DNA of 64,000 nt, from positions 4,889 to 68,888 of the forward strand of contig JBBIJX010000001.1 in the NCBI GenBank assembly GCA_037445775.1, in the 5' to 3' direction. This DNA comes from Actinomycetota bacterium. Its GTDB lineage: Bacteria; Actinomycetota; Coriobacteriia; Anaerosomatales; PHET01. Position numbers and translations under genes: made by a program. Positions 1 through 12,167 of this stretch are shown one piece after another. How positions within the stretch are numbered: position 1 is the stretch's first letter; each line of letters opens with the position of its first letter. The notes beneath the pieces are model-generated. The model worked only from the letters and a program-made list of their open reading frames with translations. It did no database searches and was not told the DNA's origin.

Positions 1-1510
1 CGAGCAGGCGGTTCAGCGCGTTCGTGTAGGCGCGCGCCGAAGCGACGATGATATCGGAATGGGCGCCGCGTCCGGTGAAGACACGGCCGTCGGGGCTCGT
101 CACGCGGATAGTCACCTCGCCAAGCGCGTCGATACCGCGCGTCACGGCCTCGACACGGAACTCGGTTAGGTCGTTCTCGACATCGATCATGCGGTTGATC
201 GCCTTGTACACGGCGTCCACGGGACCCGTTCCATGACTCGAGTCGATGAGGTGACTCCCGTCACGGTCGACAAGTTCCACCGTCGCGGTCGGGATGCCCG
301 GGTCTCCGCAGGTGACTTGGACCCGCTCGAGGTGATAGACCTCGTGAAGCGAGCGCTCCGTTTCGCCCACAAGCACTTCGAGGTCCTCGTCGTAGACCTC
401 CTTCTTCTTGTCGGCGAGCGCGAGGAACTCCTGGTGCACCCGTTCGAACTCGTCGTCTGTGACCGCGAGGCCGAGCGCCTCGAGACGGTGTCTGAGCGCG
501 TGACGCCCGCTGCGCGCGGTCAGCACTATCGAACTCCCGCCCGCGCCCACGTCCGCGGGGTCGATGATCTCGTAGGTCGAACGCTCCTTGAGGACACCGT
601 CCTGGTGGATGCCGCTCGAGTGCGCGAAGGCGTTCGCGCCTACGATGGCCTTGTTCGGTTGGACGACTATGCCCGTGATGCTCGACACGAGTCTCGAGGT
701 CCGGGTGATCTCGCGCGTGGCGATGTTGGTGTCGACGCCGAAGACGTCCTGGCGCATCCTCAGCGCCATCACGACCTCCTCCATCGAAGTGTTCCCGGCC
801 CGCTCGCCGATCCCGTTCACGGTGCACTCGATCTGGCGGGCACCGGCACGGACGCCCGCGAGCGCGTTGGCGGTCGCGAGTCCGAGGTCGTTGTGGCAGT
901 GCACCGAGACGATCACGTCCTCGATGCCGTCGACGTGCTCCATCAGTCCGCCGATCAGCGTGCCGAAAACCTCGGGATACGAGTAGCCGGTGGTGTCGGG
1001 GATGTTCACGACCGTGGCGCCCGCCGCGATCACCGCCTCGACCACGCGGTAGAGGAACACGGGATCGGCGCGGCCCGCATCCTCGGCGTAGAACTCGACG
1101 TCGTCGACGTAGCGCCGCGCGTGCTTCACGGCAGCCACGCCGCGCTCGAGCGCGACCTCCGGCGTGATGCGGAGCTTGTCGCGCAGGTGCGACTCGGAGA
1201 CCCCGATGCCTGTGTGGATGCGCGGCCGGGCAGCGGTCCTGAGAGCGTCCGCGGCGACGTCGATGTCTTTGGGAACGGCGCGCGTCAGGCCGCACACGAC
1301 CGCGGCGTCGCCTACTTCGGCGCCGATGCGGCGCACGCTCTCGAAGTCGCCGGGGCTCGAGACGGGGAATCCCGCCTCGATTACGTCGACCCCCAGGCGC
1401 ACGAGCTGGCGGGCGATCTCAAGCTTCTCGTCCGTGTTCATCGACGCGCCCGGCGACTGCTCGCCGTCTCGCAGGGTCGTGTCGAATATGTAGACGCGGT
1501 CGGCACTCAT
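1..1510 (-). CDS. leuA: 2-isopropylmalate synthase; the 3' end runs off the left edge of the window
   Basis: Absent from the ORF track because no stop lies in the window. Manual minus-strand translation from ATG 1510-1508 (GGAGG about 10 nt upstream) gives [49 protein letters not shown]...[37 protein letters not shown]... The frame stays open to position 1 and ends in the regulatory-domain-like ...[22 protein letters not shown]. Confidence 0.92.
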   Translation of the reverse strand, partial: MSADRVYIFDTTLRDGEQSPGASMNTDEKLEIARQLVRLGVDVIEAGFPVSSPGDFESVRRIGAEVGDAAVVCGLTRAVPKDIDVAADALRTAARPRIHTGIGVSESHLRDKLRITPEVALERGVAAVKHARRYVDDVEFYAEDAGRADPVFLYRVVEAVIAAGATVVNIPDTTGYSYPEVFGTLIGGLMEHVDGIEDVIVSVHCHNDLGLATANALAGVRAGARQIECTVNGIGERAGNTSMEEVVMALRMRQDVFGVDTNIATREITRTSRLVSSITGIVVQPNKAIVGANAFAHSSGIHQDGVLKERSTYEIIDPADVGAGGSSIVLTARSGRHALRHRLEALGLAVTDDEFERVHQEFLALADKKKEVYDEDLEVLVGETERSLHEVYHLERVQVTCGDPGIPTATVELVDRDGSHLIDSSHGTGPVDAVYKAINRMIDVENDLTEFRVEAVTRGIDALGEVTIRVTSPDGRVFTGRGAHSDIIVASARAYTNALNRLL

Positions 1511-1552
1511 GCGACGCTCACCTCCGGTTCGTGACGGGTTCGGACACAAGGG

Positions 1553-1581
1553 CCGGCGGCCGCTCTAACGCGGCCGTCCGG
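1553..1581 (-). terminator. GC-rich stem-loop in the serA-leuA spacer (attenuator or weak terminator candidate)
   Basis: ccggcggccgc / tctaac / gcggccgtccgg forms 7+4 bp with one bulge. On the minus-strand RNA it is followed by CCCUUGUGU, which is only weakly U-rich. Confidence 0.3.
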
Positions 1582-1643
1582 CTACCTAAGTCGCCCGCCC
1601 GGCAGATGGAGCGTTCGTGTCGGCGTCACGTTCACCGTCACCC

Positions 1644-3224
1644 CTACAACTGCACGTACCACGCGTCATCCATGCCCGCGGCGTCTGTGATCGCGCGAAG
1701 CACCTCAGGCGACAGGGGTCCGTCGACCGTGAGCGCCATGAGCGCCGTCCCGCCTTCCTCCGTGCGCCCAACCTGCATCGATCCGATGTTGATGCCCTCG
1801 CCGCCAAGTATGGTGCCAACCTTACCGATCATGCCCGGCCGGTCAGGGTAGCGGAAGAACGCCATATGCTTACTCGGCGCCATGTCGAGGTCGTAGCCGA
1901 ACAGTGACACGATGCGCGGCTCGTCCTTCTTCCCGATCAGCGCGGCGCCGATCTCCACCGGCCCGTGCGGTGTGGCAGCACGAAGCATCAGCATCGACAC
2001 GTAGTCGTGCGTCTCAGCGCGCTTCGTCTCACTGACCCGTATCCCGCGCTGTTCGGCAAGGAAGTCGGCGTTAACGAAGTTGACCGCCTCGTCCGTCGCG
2101 CGCGAGAGAAGGCCTTTGATGGCAGCGGTGCGCACGATACGCGTGTCGAGCTCGGCGAGCGCGCCCACCGTCATCACGTCGATCTCCTCGACGCCGCCGT
2201 GGGCGAGCTGAGCGAGCATCGTGCCCATGTCCTGCGACATGTCGATGTAGGGACCGACCTTCTCCATCACCTCGGGTGACACCGGCGCGACGTTGACGGC
2301 CGTCGGAACCATACGCCCCTCAAGCCCGAGCGCCACATACTCCGCGATCTGCTCGCCGGCCCGGTCCTGCGCCTCACTCGTACTTGCACCCAGGTGCGGG
2401 GTGAGGATCACGTTATCGAACTCGACGAGCGGCGAGTCGGTGCAAGGCTCGACCTCGTAGACGTCGATCGCCGCGCCGGCAACCTTCCCGCTCTTGAGCG
2501 CTTCGCCGAGCGCTTCAAGCTGGTAGATGCCGCCGCGAGCTGTGTTGACGAGATGGACGCCGTCCTTCATCTTCGCGAACTGCTCCGCCCCGAACATCCC
2601 TATCGTCTCTTTGGTCTTGGGCAGGTGCACCGTGATGAAGTCGGCCAGAGGCAGGATCTCGTCGACCTTCTCGTAGACCGTGATGCCCATCTCGGCGGCG
2701 CGCGATTCCGAGATGTAGGGGTCGTAGCCTATGAGGTTCATGCCGAACGAGCGTGCGCGCTCGGCCACCAGGGACCCGATGCGCCCGAGTCCGAAGATCG
2801 CGAGCGTCTTCTCGTAGAGCTCGGTGCCGGTGAACTTCGAGCGTTCCCACTTGCACTGCTTCATAGACGCGTTCGCCTGGGGCGTCTTGCGCGCCATGGC
2901 GAGCATGAGCGCCATCGTCTGCTCCGCCGCCGACACGATGTTCGATGTCGGAGCGTTGCAGACGATGATGCCGCGCTCCGTGGCGGCGTCGACGTCGACG
3001 TTGTCGACACCCACGCCGGCACGGCCGATGATCTTGAGGTTCGCGCCTGCCTCGATGACCTCGCGGGTCGCACGAGTGGCCGAACGGACGATGAGCGCGT
3101 CGTAGGCGCCGATCTCGGCGACGAGCTGGTCCGGCGTGAGGTCGGTCTTGACTTCAACGTCGAACTTCTCCTGCAGCAGGTGGACGCCGGACGCGGCGAT
3201 CCGCTCAGCAACGAGTACCTTCAC
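1644..3224 (-). CDS. serA: D-3-phosphoglycerate dehydrogenase (long form with C-terminal ACT-type region)
   Basis: 526 aa. It has 2-hydroxyacid dehydrogenase motifs (GLGRIGSLVAERARSFGM, TPHLGAST) and a long C-terminal regulatory extension. Confidence 0.93.
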   Translation of the reverse strand: MKVLVAERIAASGVHLLQEKFDVEVKTDLTPDQLVAEIGAYDALIVRSATRATREVIEAGANLKIIGRAGVGVDNVDVDAATERGIIVCNAPTSNIVSAAEQTMALMLAMARKTPQANASMKQCKWERSKFTGTELYEKTLAIFGLGRIGSLVAERARSFGMNLIGYDPYISESRAAEMGITVYEKVDEILPLADFITVHLPKTKETIGMFGAEQFAKMKDGVHLVNTARGGIYQLEALGEALKSGKVAGAAIDVYEVEPCTDSPLVEFDNVILTPHLGASTSEAQDRAGEQIAEYVALGLEGRMVPTAVNVAPVSPEVMEKVGPYIDMSQDMGTMLAQLAHGGVEEIDVMTVGALAELDTRIVRTAAIKGLLSRATDEAVNFVNADFLAEQRGIRVSETKRAETHDYVSMLMLRAATPHGPVEIGAALIGKKDEPRIVSLFGYDLDMAPSKHMAFFRYPDRPGMIGKVGTILGGEGINIGSMQVGRTEEGGTALMALTVDGPLSPEVLRAITDAAGMDDAWYVQL

Positions 3225-3233
3225 TTCAGACCC

Positions 3234-4379
3234 CTACCCTTCCATGAAGACGGATTCGGCGGCCCTGATGCCCGCCCCGCGTTCGAACTCGTAGCCAAGC
3301 TCGGCAAGCGTCATCTCGAGCGCAGCGAGCGTGGTGATGATGTCGAAGTCGCCGAAGTAGCCCAAGTGCCCGATGCGGAAGATGCGTCCGGCGTAGTCGT
3401 CCTGCCCTCCGGCGATCGTGACCCCGTGCTTGTCCTTCATGACCTTGACGATCGCCTTACCGTCGATCCCTTCGGGCACCCACACCGGCGTCACCGCGCT
3501 GCCGCGACCCTCGGGCGGCGCGAAGAGCGTGAGGCCGAGCGCCTCGCAGCCTCGGCGTGTCGCCTCGGCGAGCCGTCCGTGTCGCGCGATCGTGTTCTCG
3601 ATGCCCTCCTGCTTGATCATAGTGAGCGCCTCGTTGAGACCGAGCACGAGCGAGACCGCCGGCGTGAAAGGCGTCGTGTCCTTCTCGACGTTCTTCTTGT
3701 AGCGCATCCAGTCGAAGTAGAACTTCGGCAAAGTCGAGCGCTCGTAGGCGCGCCACGCCTTCGCGCTCACCGTGAGCGCCGCGAGCCCCGGCGGCAGCAT
3801 GAGACCCTTCTGCGAACCGGTCATCACGACGTCGAGCCCCCACTCGTCGGTCTTGCACTCGACCGCGCCGATGCCCGTGATCGAATCGACGATGAACACG
3901 CACTCTTCGTGCTCGCGCACGATCGCGCCGATCGCCCGCACGTCGTTGAGCACGCCGCTCGATGTCTCCGACTGGGTCACGATGACGCCGCGCACGCCGG
4001 GGTTCTCCGACAACGCCGTTGCGACGTCGGCCGGATCGACCACGCTCGTCCACTCGTAGGCGAGATCGACGACGTTGAGGCCGTACGTCTCGCAGATCTG
4101 CTTCTGCCGGTCGCCGAACTTGCCGTTGCGGCAGACGACGACCGTGTCGCCCGCAGAGAAGCAGTTGACGACCGCCGACTCCATGACGCCCGTCCCCGAG
4201 CAGGCGAACAGGAGCGCGTCCCCCTTCGTCTGGAAGACGTACTTCAGACTCTCGATGGCGGCCCGGAACGCAGCCGAGAAGTCCGGCGTGCGATGGTGGA
4301 TCATAGGCGCCGCCATCGTGAGCATCACCTCGGCGGGCACGGGGGTGGGTCCCGGCGTCATCAGGTACTTCTTCTGCAT
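3234..4379 (-). CDS. Class V (AGXT-family) aminotransferase, likely phosphoserine aminotransferase
   Basis: 381 aa. The sequence MTPGPTPVPAEV...HHRTPDF...GSQKGLMLPPGL is typical of serine-pyruvate / phosphoserine class V aminotransferases. The gene sits 10 nt upstream of serA. Confidence 0.85.
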   Translation of the reverse strand: MQKKYLMTPGPTPVPAEVMLTMAAPMIHHRTPDFSAAFRAAIESLKYVFQTKGDALLFACSGTGVMESAVVNCFSAGDTVVVCRNGKFGDRQKQICETYGLNVVDLAYEWTSVVDPADVATALSENPGVRGVIVTQSETSSGVLNDVRAIGAIVREHEECVFIVDSITGIGAVECKTDEWGLDVVMTGSQKGLMLPPGLAALTVSAKAWRAYERSTLPKFYFDWMRYKKNVEKDTTPFTPAVSLVLGLNEALTMIKQEGIENTIARHGRLAEATRRGCEALGLTLFAPPEGRGSAVTPVWVPEGIDGKAIVKVMKDKHGVTIAGGQDDYAGRIFRIGHLGYFGDFDIITTLAALEMTLAELGYEFERGAGIRAAESVFMEG

Positions 4380-4392
4380 GGCTGTGACCCCC

Positions 4393-5412
<1,020 letters not shown>

Positions 5413-5895
5413 CTAGGATTCCCTGCCGCGCGTGAGCGCGATCTTTCCGGTTCGTGCCATCTCCTTGATGCCGTACGCGCGGAAGAGGTCCTCCATCGCG
5501 TCGATCTTGTCAGTCGCCCCCGTGGCCTCGATGGTCACCGAGTTCTTGCCCACATCGACGATCTTTGCCCGGAACACGTTGGCGATCTCGATGATCTCGT
5601 GACGCTTCTCCGGAGCGGCGTTGATCTTGAAGAGCACGAGTTCTCGCTCGACTGACTCTGACGGGTCTAGGTCATGCACTTTGATGACGTTGATGAGCTT
5701 ATAGACCTGCTTGGTGATCTGTTCGATGGGCGTGTCAGCGGCCGAACAGACGATCGTGATGCGCGAGAGCGTCGGGTCTTCCGTCGTACCCACGGCGAGC
5801 GAGTCGATGTTGAACCCGCGCCTCGCGAAGAGCGACGTCACGCGCGTCAGCACGCCCGGCTTGTTCTCCACGACCACGGACAGTGTGTGCGTCAT
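5413..5895 (-). CDS. ilvN: Acetolactate synthase small (regulatory) subunit
   Basis: [36 protein letters not shown] is the ACT domain. I moved the start to ATG 5895, which overlaps the ilvB stop as ATGA. The upstream part of the 247 aa track ORF is arginine-rich shadow. Confidence 0.9.
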   Translation of the reverse strand: MTHTLSVVVENKPGVLTRVTSLFARRGFNIDSLAVGTTEDPTLSRITIVCSAADTPIEQITKQVYKLINVIKVHDLDPSESVERELVLFKINAAPEKRHEIIEIANVFRAKIVDVGKNSVTIEATGATDKIDAMEDLFRAYGIKEMARTGKIALTRGRES

Positions 5896-7664
5896 CACTC
5901 CCACACCTCCTCGAGGACCTCGTCGTCGAGCATCTCGCTCACCGGACACCCAGGGACTCCGCCGAGCATCTCGTCGATGCTCGCTCCGGGCGCGACCATC
6001 GGGTAGACGCACTCTTCGCCCACCACGCGGCAGTCGACCACGGCGGGCCCGTCGTGATCGAACGCGGCAGTGAGCGCGGCGTCGAGCTCCTCTGGCACCT
6101 CTACACGCGTGCCGAAACACCCGTACGCTTCGGCGAGCTTGACGAAGTCCGGGCACTCCTGAGGCAGCACGCTCGCGCTATAGCGTCGCCCGTAGAAGAG
6201 CTCCTGCCACTGACGGACCATGCCCAGGTAGCCGTTGTTGAGGATCACGACCTTGACCGGGTAGCCGTTGAGCTTAGCGGTGGCGAGCTCCTGGATGTTC
6301 ATCTGGATCGAACCGTCACCCGCGATGTCGATGACGAGCGCGTCCGGCCGGCCGGCCTGCGCGCCGATCGCCGCAGGTAGGCCGAACCCCATAGTGCCGA
6401 GCCCCCCGGACGATACCCACGAGCGCGGGGAGCGGAGCGTGTAGTACTGACACGCCCACATCTGGTTCTGTCCCACCTCGGTGCAGATGACGGTCTCGCG
6501 GTCCTTCGTGAGCTCGTTGACGCGCTGCACGACATACTGCGGGAAGAGCGCACCCTCTTCGCCGGCACCGAGATGCGGCCCGTAGTGCAGCGGGAACTGC
6601 GCGCGCCACTCATCGATGAGCTTGATCCACGATTCGGTCTTCGGCTCGTCCGCTCCCTTGCGCAGCTCCGCCACGATGCCGCCGAGCACGTTCTTGGCGT
6701 CGCCCACGATGGGCACGTCAGCGGGCTTGTTCTTGCCGATCTCGGCGGGGTCGACGTCGACGTGGATGATCTTCGCCTTGCTCGCGAAGCTCGAGAGCTT
6801 GCCCGTCACTCGGTCATCGAAGCGCACTCCCACTGCGACGAGCAGGTCCGTCTCGGTCATCGCGTAGTTGGTGTACTTGGCGCCGTGCATGCCCGGCATC
6901 CCGATCCAGAGATGATGGTCCTCGGGAAACGCGCTCTTTCCCATCATCGTCGTGGCCACGGGGATCTGCATGAGCTCGGCGAGGTCCTTGAGCTCCTTGT
7001 ACGCTCCGCCCGAGACGATGCCTCCGCCCACGTAGAGCAGCGGACGGCGCGCTCTGCTGATGAGCGAGACGGCCTGCTTGACCTGTTTGCTGTGCCCGCG
7101 GTAGGTGGGCTTGTATCCGGTCAGGTTGACGCTGGCCGGATAGTCGAAGTCGAGCTCGCCCTTGCTCACGTCCACCGGGACGTCGATGAGCACCGGCCCG
7201 GGACGTCCGGTGGTCGCGATGTGGAACGCCTCCTTGAACGCTTCGGGCAGTTCGGACGCGTCCTTGAGCAGGTAGTTGTGCTTGGTGATGGGCACCGTGA
7301 TGCCGGTGATATCGATCTCCTGGAACGCGTCGGTACCGATGACGGCGGTCGACACCTGAGCGGTGATGACCACGAGCGGGATCGAGTCCATGTACGCGTT
7401 CGCGATGCCGGTGATCGTATTGGCGGCCCCCGGCCCGCTCGTGACGAGCGCGACGCCACACTTGCCTGTCGCACGGGCGTAACCGTCAGCCGCGTGCACG
7501 CCGCCTTGCTCGTGCCGCGGAAGGACCGTGGTGATCTGCTTCGAATCGTAGAGCGCGTCGAAGATGGGGAGCGCGACGCCGCCGGGATAGCCGAAGAGGA
7601 CGTCGACCCCCTCAGCCTCCAAACAGCGCACGAGCGCCTCCGCGCCTGTCATGCGTTCACTCAT
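5895..7664 (-). CDS. ilvB: Acetolactate synthase large subunit
   Basis: It has TPP-enzyme motifs ([21 protein letters not shown]). The start is trimmed to [12 protein letters not shown] at 7664, with 7652 as an alternative. The first 42 codons of the track ORF overlap ilvD. Confidence 0.9.
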   Translation of the reverse strand: MSERMTGAEALVRCLEAEGVDVLFGYPGGVALPIFDALYDSKQITTVLPRHEQGGVHAADGYARATGKCGVALVTSGPGAANTITGIANAYMDSIPLVVITAQVSTAVIGTDAFQEIDITGITVPITKHNYLLKDASELPEAFKEAFHIATTGRPGPVLIDVPVDVSKGELDFDYPASVNLTGYKPTYRGHSKQVKQAVSLISRARRPLLYVGGGIVSGGAYKELKDLAELMQIPVATTMMGKSAFPEDHHLWIGMPGMHGAKYTNYAMTETDLLVAVGVRFDDRVTGKLSSFASKAKIIHVDVDPAEIGKNKPADVPIVGDAKNVLGGIVAELRKGADEPKTESWIKLIDEWRAQFPLHYGPHLGAGEEGALFPQYVVQRVNELTKDRETVICTEVGQNQMWACQYYTLRSPRSWVSSGGLGTMGFGLPAAIGAQAGRPDALVIDIAGDGSIQMNIQELATAKLNGYPVKVVILNNGYLGMVRQWQELFYGRRYSASVLPQECPDFVKLAEAYGCFGTRVEVPEELDAALTAAFDHDGPAVVDCRVVGEECVYPMVAPGASIDEMLGGVPGCPVSEMLDDEVLEEVWE

Positions 7665-9330
7665 AGAACACGGCCCCCTTGTCCGCGGACGTGACGAGCC
7701 TCGCGTAGCGCCCCAAGACGCCGGTCGTGACACGCGGCTCGGGTACGACGCGGACGACGCGGCGCTGCTCCAGCTCCTCGTCCGAGACATGCAGGGTCAG
7801 CGTGGCCGCGTCGATGTCGACGGTGATGGAGTCGCCCTCCGCCACGAGGCCGATCAGGCCGCCGGCGGCGGCCTCGGGGCTGACGTGACCCACAGCCGGT
7901 CCCTTCGTAGCGCCGCTGAAACGCCCGTCGGTGACAAGCGCGACACTCTTCGCGAGTTCGGGCATGCCGGAGATCGCACTCGTGGGAGTGAGCATCTCGC
8001 GCATGCCTGGCCCGCCCACGGGCCCCTCGTAGCGGATCACAACGACATCGCCTGCGACGATTCGGCCACCCAATATCGCGCTCACCGCGTCCTCTTCGGA
8101 CTCGAAGACCCGTGCAGGGCCGGTGTGCACGCGCATCTCGAGCGGCACTGCGGACTGCTTCACGACAGCCCCATCAGGAGCGAGGTTGCCCCGCAGCACC
8201 CGCAGGCCCCCCTCGGGATAGTACGGGTCGCTCGTCGGACGGACCACGCGACCGTCCGGCCTGGGCGCTCCAGCCGCGATCTCACCCATCGAACGCCCGT
8301 CCACTGTCATGGCATCACGTTCGATGAGACCTGCCCGGTCGAGTTCGCCCATGATCACCGGGATACCGCCCGCCCAGTGAAGGTCCTCCATGTGCATGTC
8401 GCTCGCAGGGCTGATGCGCACGAGGTTAGGCGTGCGCGCGCTCACCGCGGCCCAGTCATCGAGCGTGACGTCGGCGCCCGCCTCGTGTGCGATGGCTGTG
8501 AGATGCAGCACCGTGTTCGATGAGCCGCCGAACGCCATGTCGAGAGTCATCGCGTTCCTGAATGCGGAGGGCGTCATGATGTCTCGCGCCGTGACGCCCC
8601 GCTCGAGCAACTCCATCACATGCATCCCAGCGCGTTTGGCAAGCCGAATCCGCTCCGAGAAGACGGCCGGGACTGTGCCATTGCCCGGCAATCCTATGCC
8701 GATCGCCTCCACGAGGCAGTTCATCGAGTTCGCCGTGAAGAGGCCGGCGCAGCTGCCGCAAGTCGGGCACGCCCGCTCCTCGAGTAGCAGAAGGTCGTCC
8801 TCTGACATCTCGCCGGCCGCGACCTTGCCTACCGCGGTGAAGATAGTGTCGAGATCGACCGCCTCGCCGCTGAGTCCCCGTCCGGCGAGCATCGGCCCGC
8901 CGGAGATGACGACAGTTGGCAGGTTCAGACGTGCGGCCGCCATGAGCATGCCGGGAGTGATCTTGTCGCAGTTGGGGATCATGACGACGGCGTCGAATGC
9001 GTGAGCTAGAACTGCGATCTCGACTGAGTCGGCGATGACCTCGCGGCTCACGAGCGAGTAGCGCATGCCGGCGTGGTTCATCGCGATGCCATCACACACC
9101 CCGATGGTCGAGATCTCAACCGGCGTGCCACCGCCCATGTAGACGCCGGCCTTCACGGCCTCGCCGATCTTGTCGAGCATCAGGTGGCCGGGGATGATCT
9201 CGTTCGCCGAATTGATGACGGCGACGAGCGGACGTGCGATCTCGGTGTCCGTGAAGCCGTCCGCCTTCAGCAGACTGCGGTGCGGGGCCTTGGAGAGCCC
9301 ACCCTTCATGCGATCGCTCGCGTGCGCCAT
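7657..9330 (-). CDS. ilvD: Dihydroxy-acid dehydratase
   Basis: 557 aa with [18 protein letters not shown] and the TDGRFSG motif. Confidence 0.95.
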   Translation of the reverse strand: MAHASDRMKGGLSKAPHRSLLKADGFTDTEIARPLVAVINSANEIIPGHLMLDKIGEAVKAGVYMGGGTPVEISTIGVCDGIAMNHAGMRYSLVSREVIADSVEIAVLAHAFDAVVMIPNCDKITPGMLMAAARLNLPTVVISGGPMLAGRGLSGEAVDLDTIFTAVGKVAAGEMSEDDLLLLEERACPTCGSCAGLFTANSMNCLVEAIGIGLPGNGTVPAVFSERIRLAKRAGMHVMELLERGVTARDIMTPSAFRNAMTLDMAFGGSSNTVLHLTAIAHEAGADVTLDDWAAVSARTPNLVRISPASDMHMEDLHWAGGIPVIMGELDRAGLIERDAMTVDGRSMGEIAAGAPRPDGRVVRPTSDPYYPEGGLRVLRGNLAPDGAVVKQSAVPLEMRVHTGPARVFESEEDAVSAILGGRIVAGDVVVIRYEGPVGGPGMREMLTPTSAISGMPELAKSVALVTDGRFSGATKGPAVGHVSPEAAAGGLIGLVAEGDSITVDIDAATLTLHVSDEELEQRRVVRVVPEPRVTTGVLGRYARLVTSADKGAVFYE

Positions 9331-9675
9331 GATTCGCCTCCCCTTCGATTTGGGTTGGCGGCGCCGCAGCCGACCGCACGACAGCCGCGTGGCGCCCGGA
9401 GTCCTCGGCAGTCCGCGAACTTACACGCGCGGCGGCGAGAGTGGGCACCCTCTCGTGCGGCAGGTAACGGATGCCACCGACCCGGTCTACTTGCCCCGGA
9501 CGCCCGCGAAGATCGTTCGCGCATAGGAGACGCCCGGACGTTGGCCCGAGTGGCTCAGGGGTGAGTTTCAAAGCGCCCCCGGCCGGGCTTCCACCGTGTC
9601 CCGGCTCTCTGCGGCGAGGGTTGGCCTCTAATGTTCCCCGTCAACGCCTGTCGTGCTGTGCGGTTGTAGGTGCGG
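9331..9675 (-). promoter_or_regulatory. Long GC-rich structured 5' leader of the ilvD operon (unclassified)
   Basis: About 345 nt lie between the promoter-like site and the ilvD ATG, with GGGGAGG 6 nt upstream of the ATG. Several local hairpins are visible, for example CGCGAA-cgatc-TTCGCG and GCCGGG...CCCGGC. No Ile/Leu/Val-rich leader peptide is present. Confidence 0.35.
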
Positions 9676-9704
9676 AGTATAGTCGAGCCGCTCTAGAGCG
9701 GCAA
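9676..9704 (-). promoter_or_regulatory. Sigma-70-like promoter TTGCCG-N17-TATACT overlapping a 16 bp perfect palindrome
   Basis: On the minus strand the -35 TTGCCG is at 9704-9699, the spacer is 17 nt, and the -10 TATACT is at 9681-9676. The palindrome GCCGCTCTAGAGCGGC (9687-9702) covers the -35 and spacer. Confidence 0.45.
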
Positions 9705-9743
9705 ACACCGCTGTCGGGCTCACAACCGGCTTCAAACCCTCTC

Positions 9744-10913
9744 TCAGCGCGCTCCGGTCGCGACGACGCGCCGGCCCGTGCCGTCGGGTCCGACGCGATA
9801 GAGAACGGTCGGCTCTCCCTGGAAGGCGTTACCCTCGACGTAGAACAGATACGCCCCTGACGGACTCCAGAAGCGGACGTACCCGTCGCGCCGTAGCGCG
9901 AGCCGCGATTCCGCACCACTGGGCAGCGCAAACAGGCTGATGCGTGAGTACCCGTCATCGCCAAGCGCGCTACCGGCGAGCGTCGACCCGTCCGGTGACA
10001 GCGCGAGCGTCGCCCACGCCGCGGGGACTTCGCCGGCAGGCGCCCCGGCAAGCCTCGTGAGGTGCGTACCGTCAAGGCCGACCGAGACGATCCGGGAATC
10101 GGGCTCGTCACCGTCGGCCACGACAGCGGTGTAGACCCGATCGTCCCCGGCGGCGACCCCGGTGACCGTGCCGGTCACGACCTTGATGCGTCGAAACGCC
10201 CCGCCGTCTCGCGACACCCACACGTACCCTCCGCTCGAGGCGATACCCCCTTCGAACACGGCTATCGTGCGTCCGCCGGGCGATACCGACATCGCGGTAC
10301 CTTGTCGCAGCATCGTGTCCTTGGTCCCATCGCGCCGCACGCGCCGCACCTCGTGACTTTGGCCTGTACGCCTCACGAACAGCACTGCCGCGGAGTCCGG
10401 GGTCCACACAAGGGCTTCGTCGACCGCTTCTCCCACACTCGTCGAGTGCCCGGTCTCGGTGTCGACCAGAACGAGGGAACCGTCTTGAACGATCGCGAGG
10501 GTACGGCCGTCCGGCGCGAGCGCGAACGGGCCCTCCGTCGCGCGGATGACCTGAGACGGGTTCTGTCCGTCTTCATCAGCGACGTAGACGGTCGCGCCGA
10601 GGCGGTAGGCGATGCGTCCAGCACGCCGCTGCCCCGGAGTGCTCCCTGTGCTGCTGGTGGCGGTGGTGGAGCCGCCGTCCGTCGTCTGCCCGGCGGACGT
10701 GGGCTCTCCTGACGGCGTCGGCACTACCGAGGGCATGACGGGCGCGGTGGTCTCCTGCGCGGGCTCGATCTCGGTCTGTGCGCGAGAGTCCGCTGGATCA
10801 CGCTTCATGATGAGCCACGCGACGTCGGCGAGGAGCACGATCACGATCGCGACCCACAGCACGATCCAGGCGGTCCGCTTCGTACTGGAGACGTCCTGCT
10901 TCTCGACGTCCAC
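9744..10913 (-). CDS. Membrane-anchored TolB-like / PD40 beta-propeller repeat protein
   Basis: The start is re-set to GTG 10913, downstream of the icd stop. One TM helix (WIVLWVAIVIVLLADVAWLI) and a Thr/Ser-rich linker precede repeated ...SPDG.. / ..DG..L..V.. blades. Confidence 0.7.
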   Translation of the reverse strand: MDVEKQDVSSTKRTAWIVLWVAIVIVLLADVAWLIMKRDPADSRAQTEIEPAQETTAPVMPSVVPTPSGEPTSAGQTTDGGSTTATSSTGSTPGQRRAGRIAYRLGATVYVADEDGQNPSQVIRATEGPFALAPDGRTLAIVQDGSLVLVDTETGHSTSVGEAVDEALVWTPDSAAVLFVRRTGQSHEVRRVRRDGTKDTMLRQGTAMSVSPGGRTIAVFEGGIASSGGYVWVSRDGGAFRRIKVVTGTVTGVAAGDDRVYTAVVADGDEPDSRIVSVGLDGTHLTRLAGAPAGEVPAAWATLALSPDGSTLAGSALGDDGYSRISLFALPSGAESRLALRRDGYVRFWSPSGAYLFYVEGNAFQGEPTVLYRVGPDGTGRRVVATGAR

Positions 10914-10941
10914 CGGGCCGCACCCGCCTTCCCGCGCTGCC

Positions 10942-12033
10942 CTAAAGCGCCGCGATGAGCGCGTCAGCGTAAGCCTGCGTGCCCACGGAGCCCTCGGTCG
11001 AACCGGTGTTCGAACGCTTGATGTCGTAGGTGACCTTCTCGCCCTCGCCGATGACGCGGCGCACTGCGGCGAGGATGCGCTCCGCGGCATCGGTCTCGCC
11101 GAGGTGTCTCAGCATCAGCGTCGCCGACAAGATCTCCGCGGTGGGGTTCGCCATGTCCTTGCCCGCATACTTCGGCGCGCTGCCGTGTACCGGCTCGAAG
11201 ACGGCGCACTCGTCTCCGATGTTCGCGCCCATCGCGATGCCAAGCCCGCCGATGAGCCCCGCCGAGAGGTCGCTCACGATGTCGCCGTAGAGGTTCGGCA
11301 AGACGAGGACGTCCCACCACTCCGGGTGCAGGACGAGCTGCATGCAGGTTGCGTCAACGATGTAGTCCTCGAACTCGATCCCGGAGTCCTTGTACTCCTC
11401 GGCGACCTGGCGGGCTACCTTCAGGAAGAGGCCATCGCTCATCTTCAGGATGTTCGCCTTGTGGACGGCGGTCACCTTCGTGCGGCCGTTGGCGATGGCG
11501 TAGTCGAATGCGTAGCGCACGATGCGCTCGGTACCGAACACGCTGATGGGCTTGAGTGACAGGCCGGAGTCCGGGCGGATGAAGCCCGCGCCCTTGTCCG
11601 CGGCGAAGCGGATGAGGTCTGCGGCTTCCGCGCTCCCCTGCTCGAACTCGATGCCCGCGTAGAGGTCTTCGGTGTTCTCGCGCACGATCACGAGGTCGAT
11701 ATCGTCATAGCGCGCGCCGGATCCTGGAATCGAGAACGCCGGCCGCACACACGCGTATAGGTCAAGTTCCTTACGGATCGCGACATTCACTGAGCGAAAA
11801 CCCGTGCCCACGGGCGTCGTGATGGGACCCTTGATGGCGACCTTGTTCTCTCGGATGGAGTCGAGGGTCGATTCGGGGAGCGGAGTGCCGAACTGCTCGA
11901 TGACGTCGGCGCCGGCTAGGGCGACCTCCCACTCGATGTCGACGCCAGCCGCTTCGACGACGCGTCTCATCGCGGTTGTGAGTTCGGGGCCGATGCCGTC
12001 GCCGGGGATGAGGGTCACGGTGTGCTTGGACAT
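10942..12033 (-). CDS. icd: Isocitrate dehydrogenase, isocitrate/isopropylmalate dehydrogenase family
   Basis: [17 protein letters not shown]...[31 protein letters not shown]...[19 protein letters not shown]. The R-S-x-N substrate motif is of the isocitrate type, not the LeuB type. The start at ATG 12033 has GGAGGAG upstream. Confidence 0.8.
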   Translation of the reverse strand: MSKHTVTLIPGDGIGPELTTAMRRVVEAAGVDIEWEVALAGADVIEQFGTPLPESTLDSIRENKVAIKGPITTPVGTGFRSVNVAIRKELDLYACVRPAFSIPGSGARYDDIDLVIVRENTEDLYAGIEFEQGSAEAADLIRFAADKGAGFIRPDSGLSLKPISVFGTERIVRYAFDYAIANGRTKVTAVHKANILKMSDGLFLKVARQVAEEYKDSGIEFEDYIVDATCMQLVLHPEWWDVLVLPNLYGDIVSDLSAGLIGGLGIAMGANIGDECAVFEPVHGSAPKYAGKDMANPTAEILSATLMLRHLGETDAAERILAAVRRVIGEGEKVTYDIKRSNTGSTEGSVGTQAYADALIAAL

Positions 12034-12124
12034 GGGTGCGAACTCCTCCAAGAGTGACGAGGGCGAGCAGCACGCACGCCCGAACGAGCGCGACCGGCAA
12101 CCGTGCGCCGGCTCGCGCTTTCAG

Positions 12125-12130
12125 ATTGTA
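12125..12130 (-). promoter_or_regulatory. Candidate -10 box TACAAT upstream of icd
   Basis: TACAAT on the minus strand lies about 90 nt upstream of the icd start. Only a weak -35 is present. Confidence 0.3.
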
Positions 12131-12167
12131 GCGCTAGCCAGCGTCATTGCCAGCAACGGCCGTCACT

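Noticed and set aside
233-1534. 433 aa plus-strand ORF, and the 344 aa minus-strand ORF 261-1295
   Set aside because: Both are Arg/Asp/His/Val-rich with no motifs. The region is fully explained by a textbook leuA in another minus-strand frame, so they are shadow ORFs typical of high-GC DNA.
9540-9600. Possible T-box element in the ilvD leader (GGUGGAAGCCCGG)
   Set aside because: Only the GGUGG core resembles the T-box sequence. The rest of the conserved 14-mer (…GGUGGUACCGCG) is absent. I found no recognisable specifier loop, AG bulge or terminator/antiterminator alternative. The leader is reported only as unclassified.
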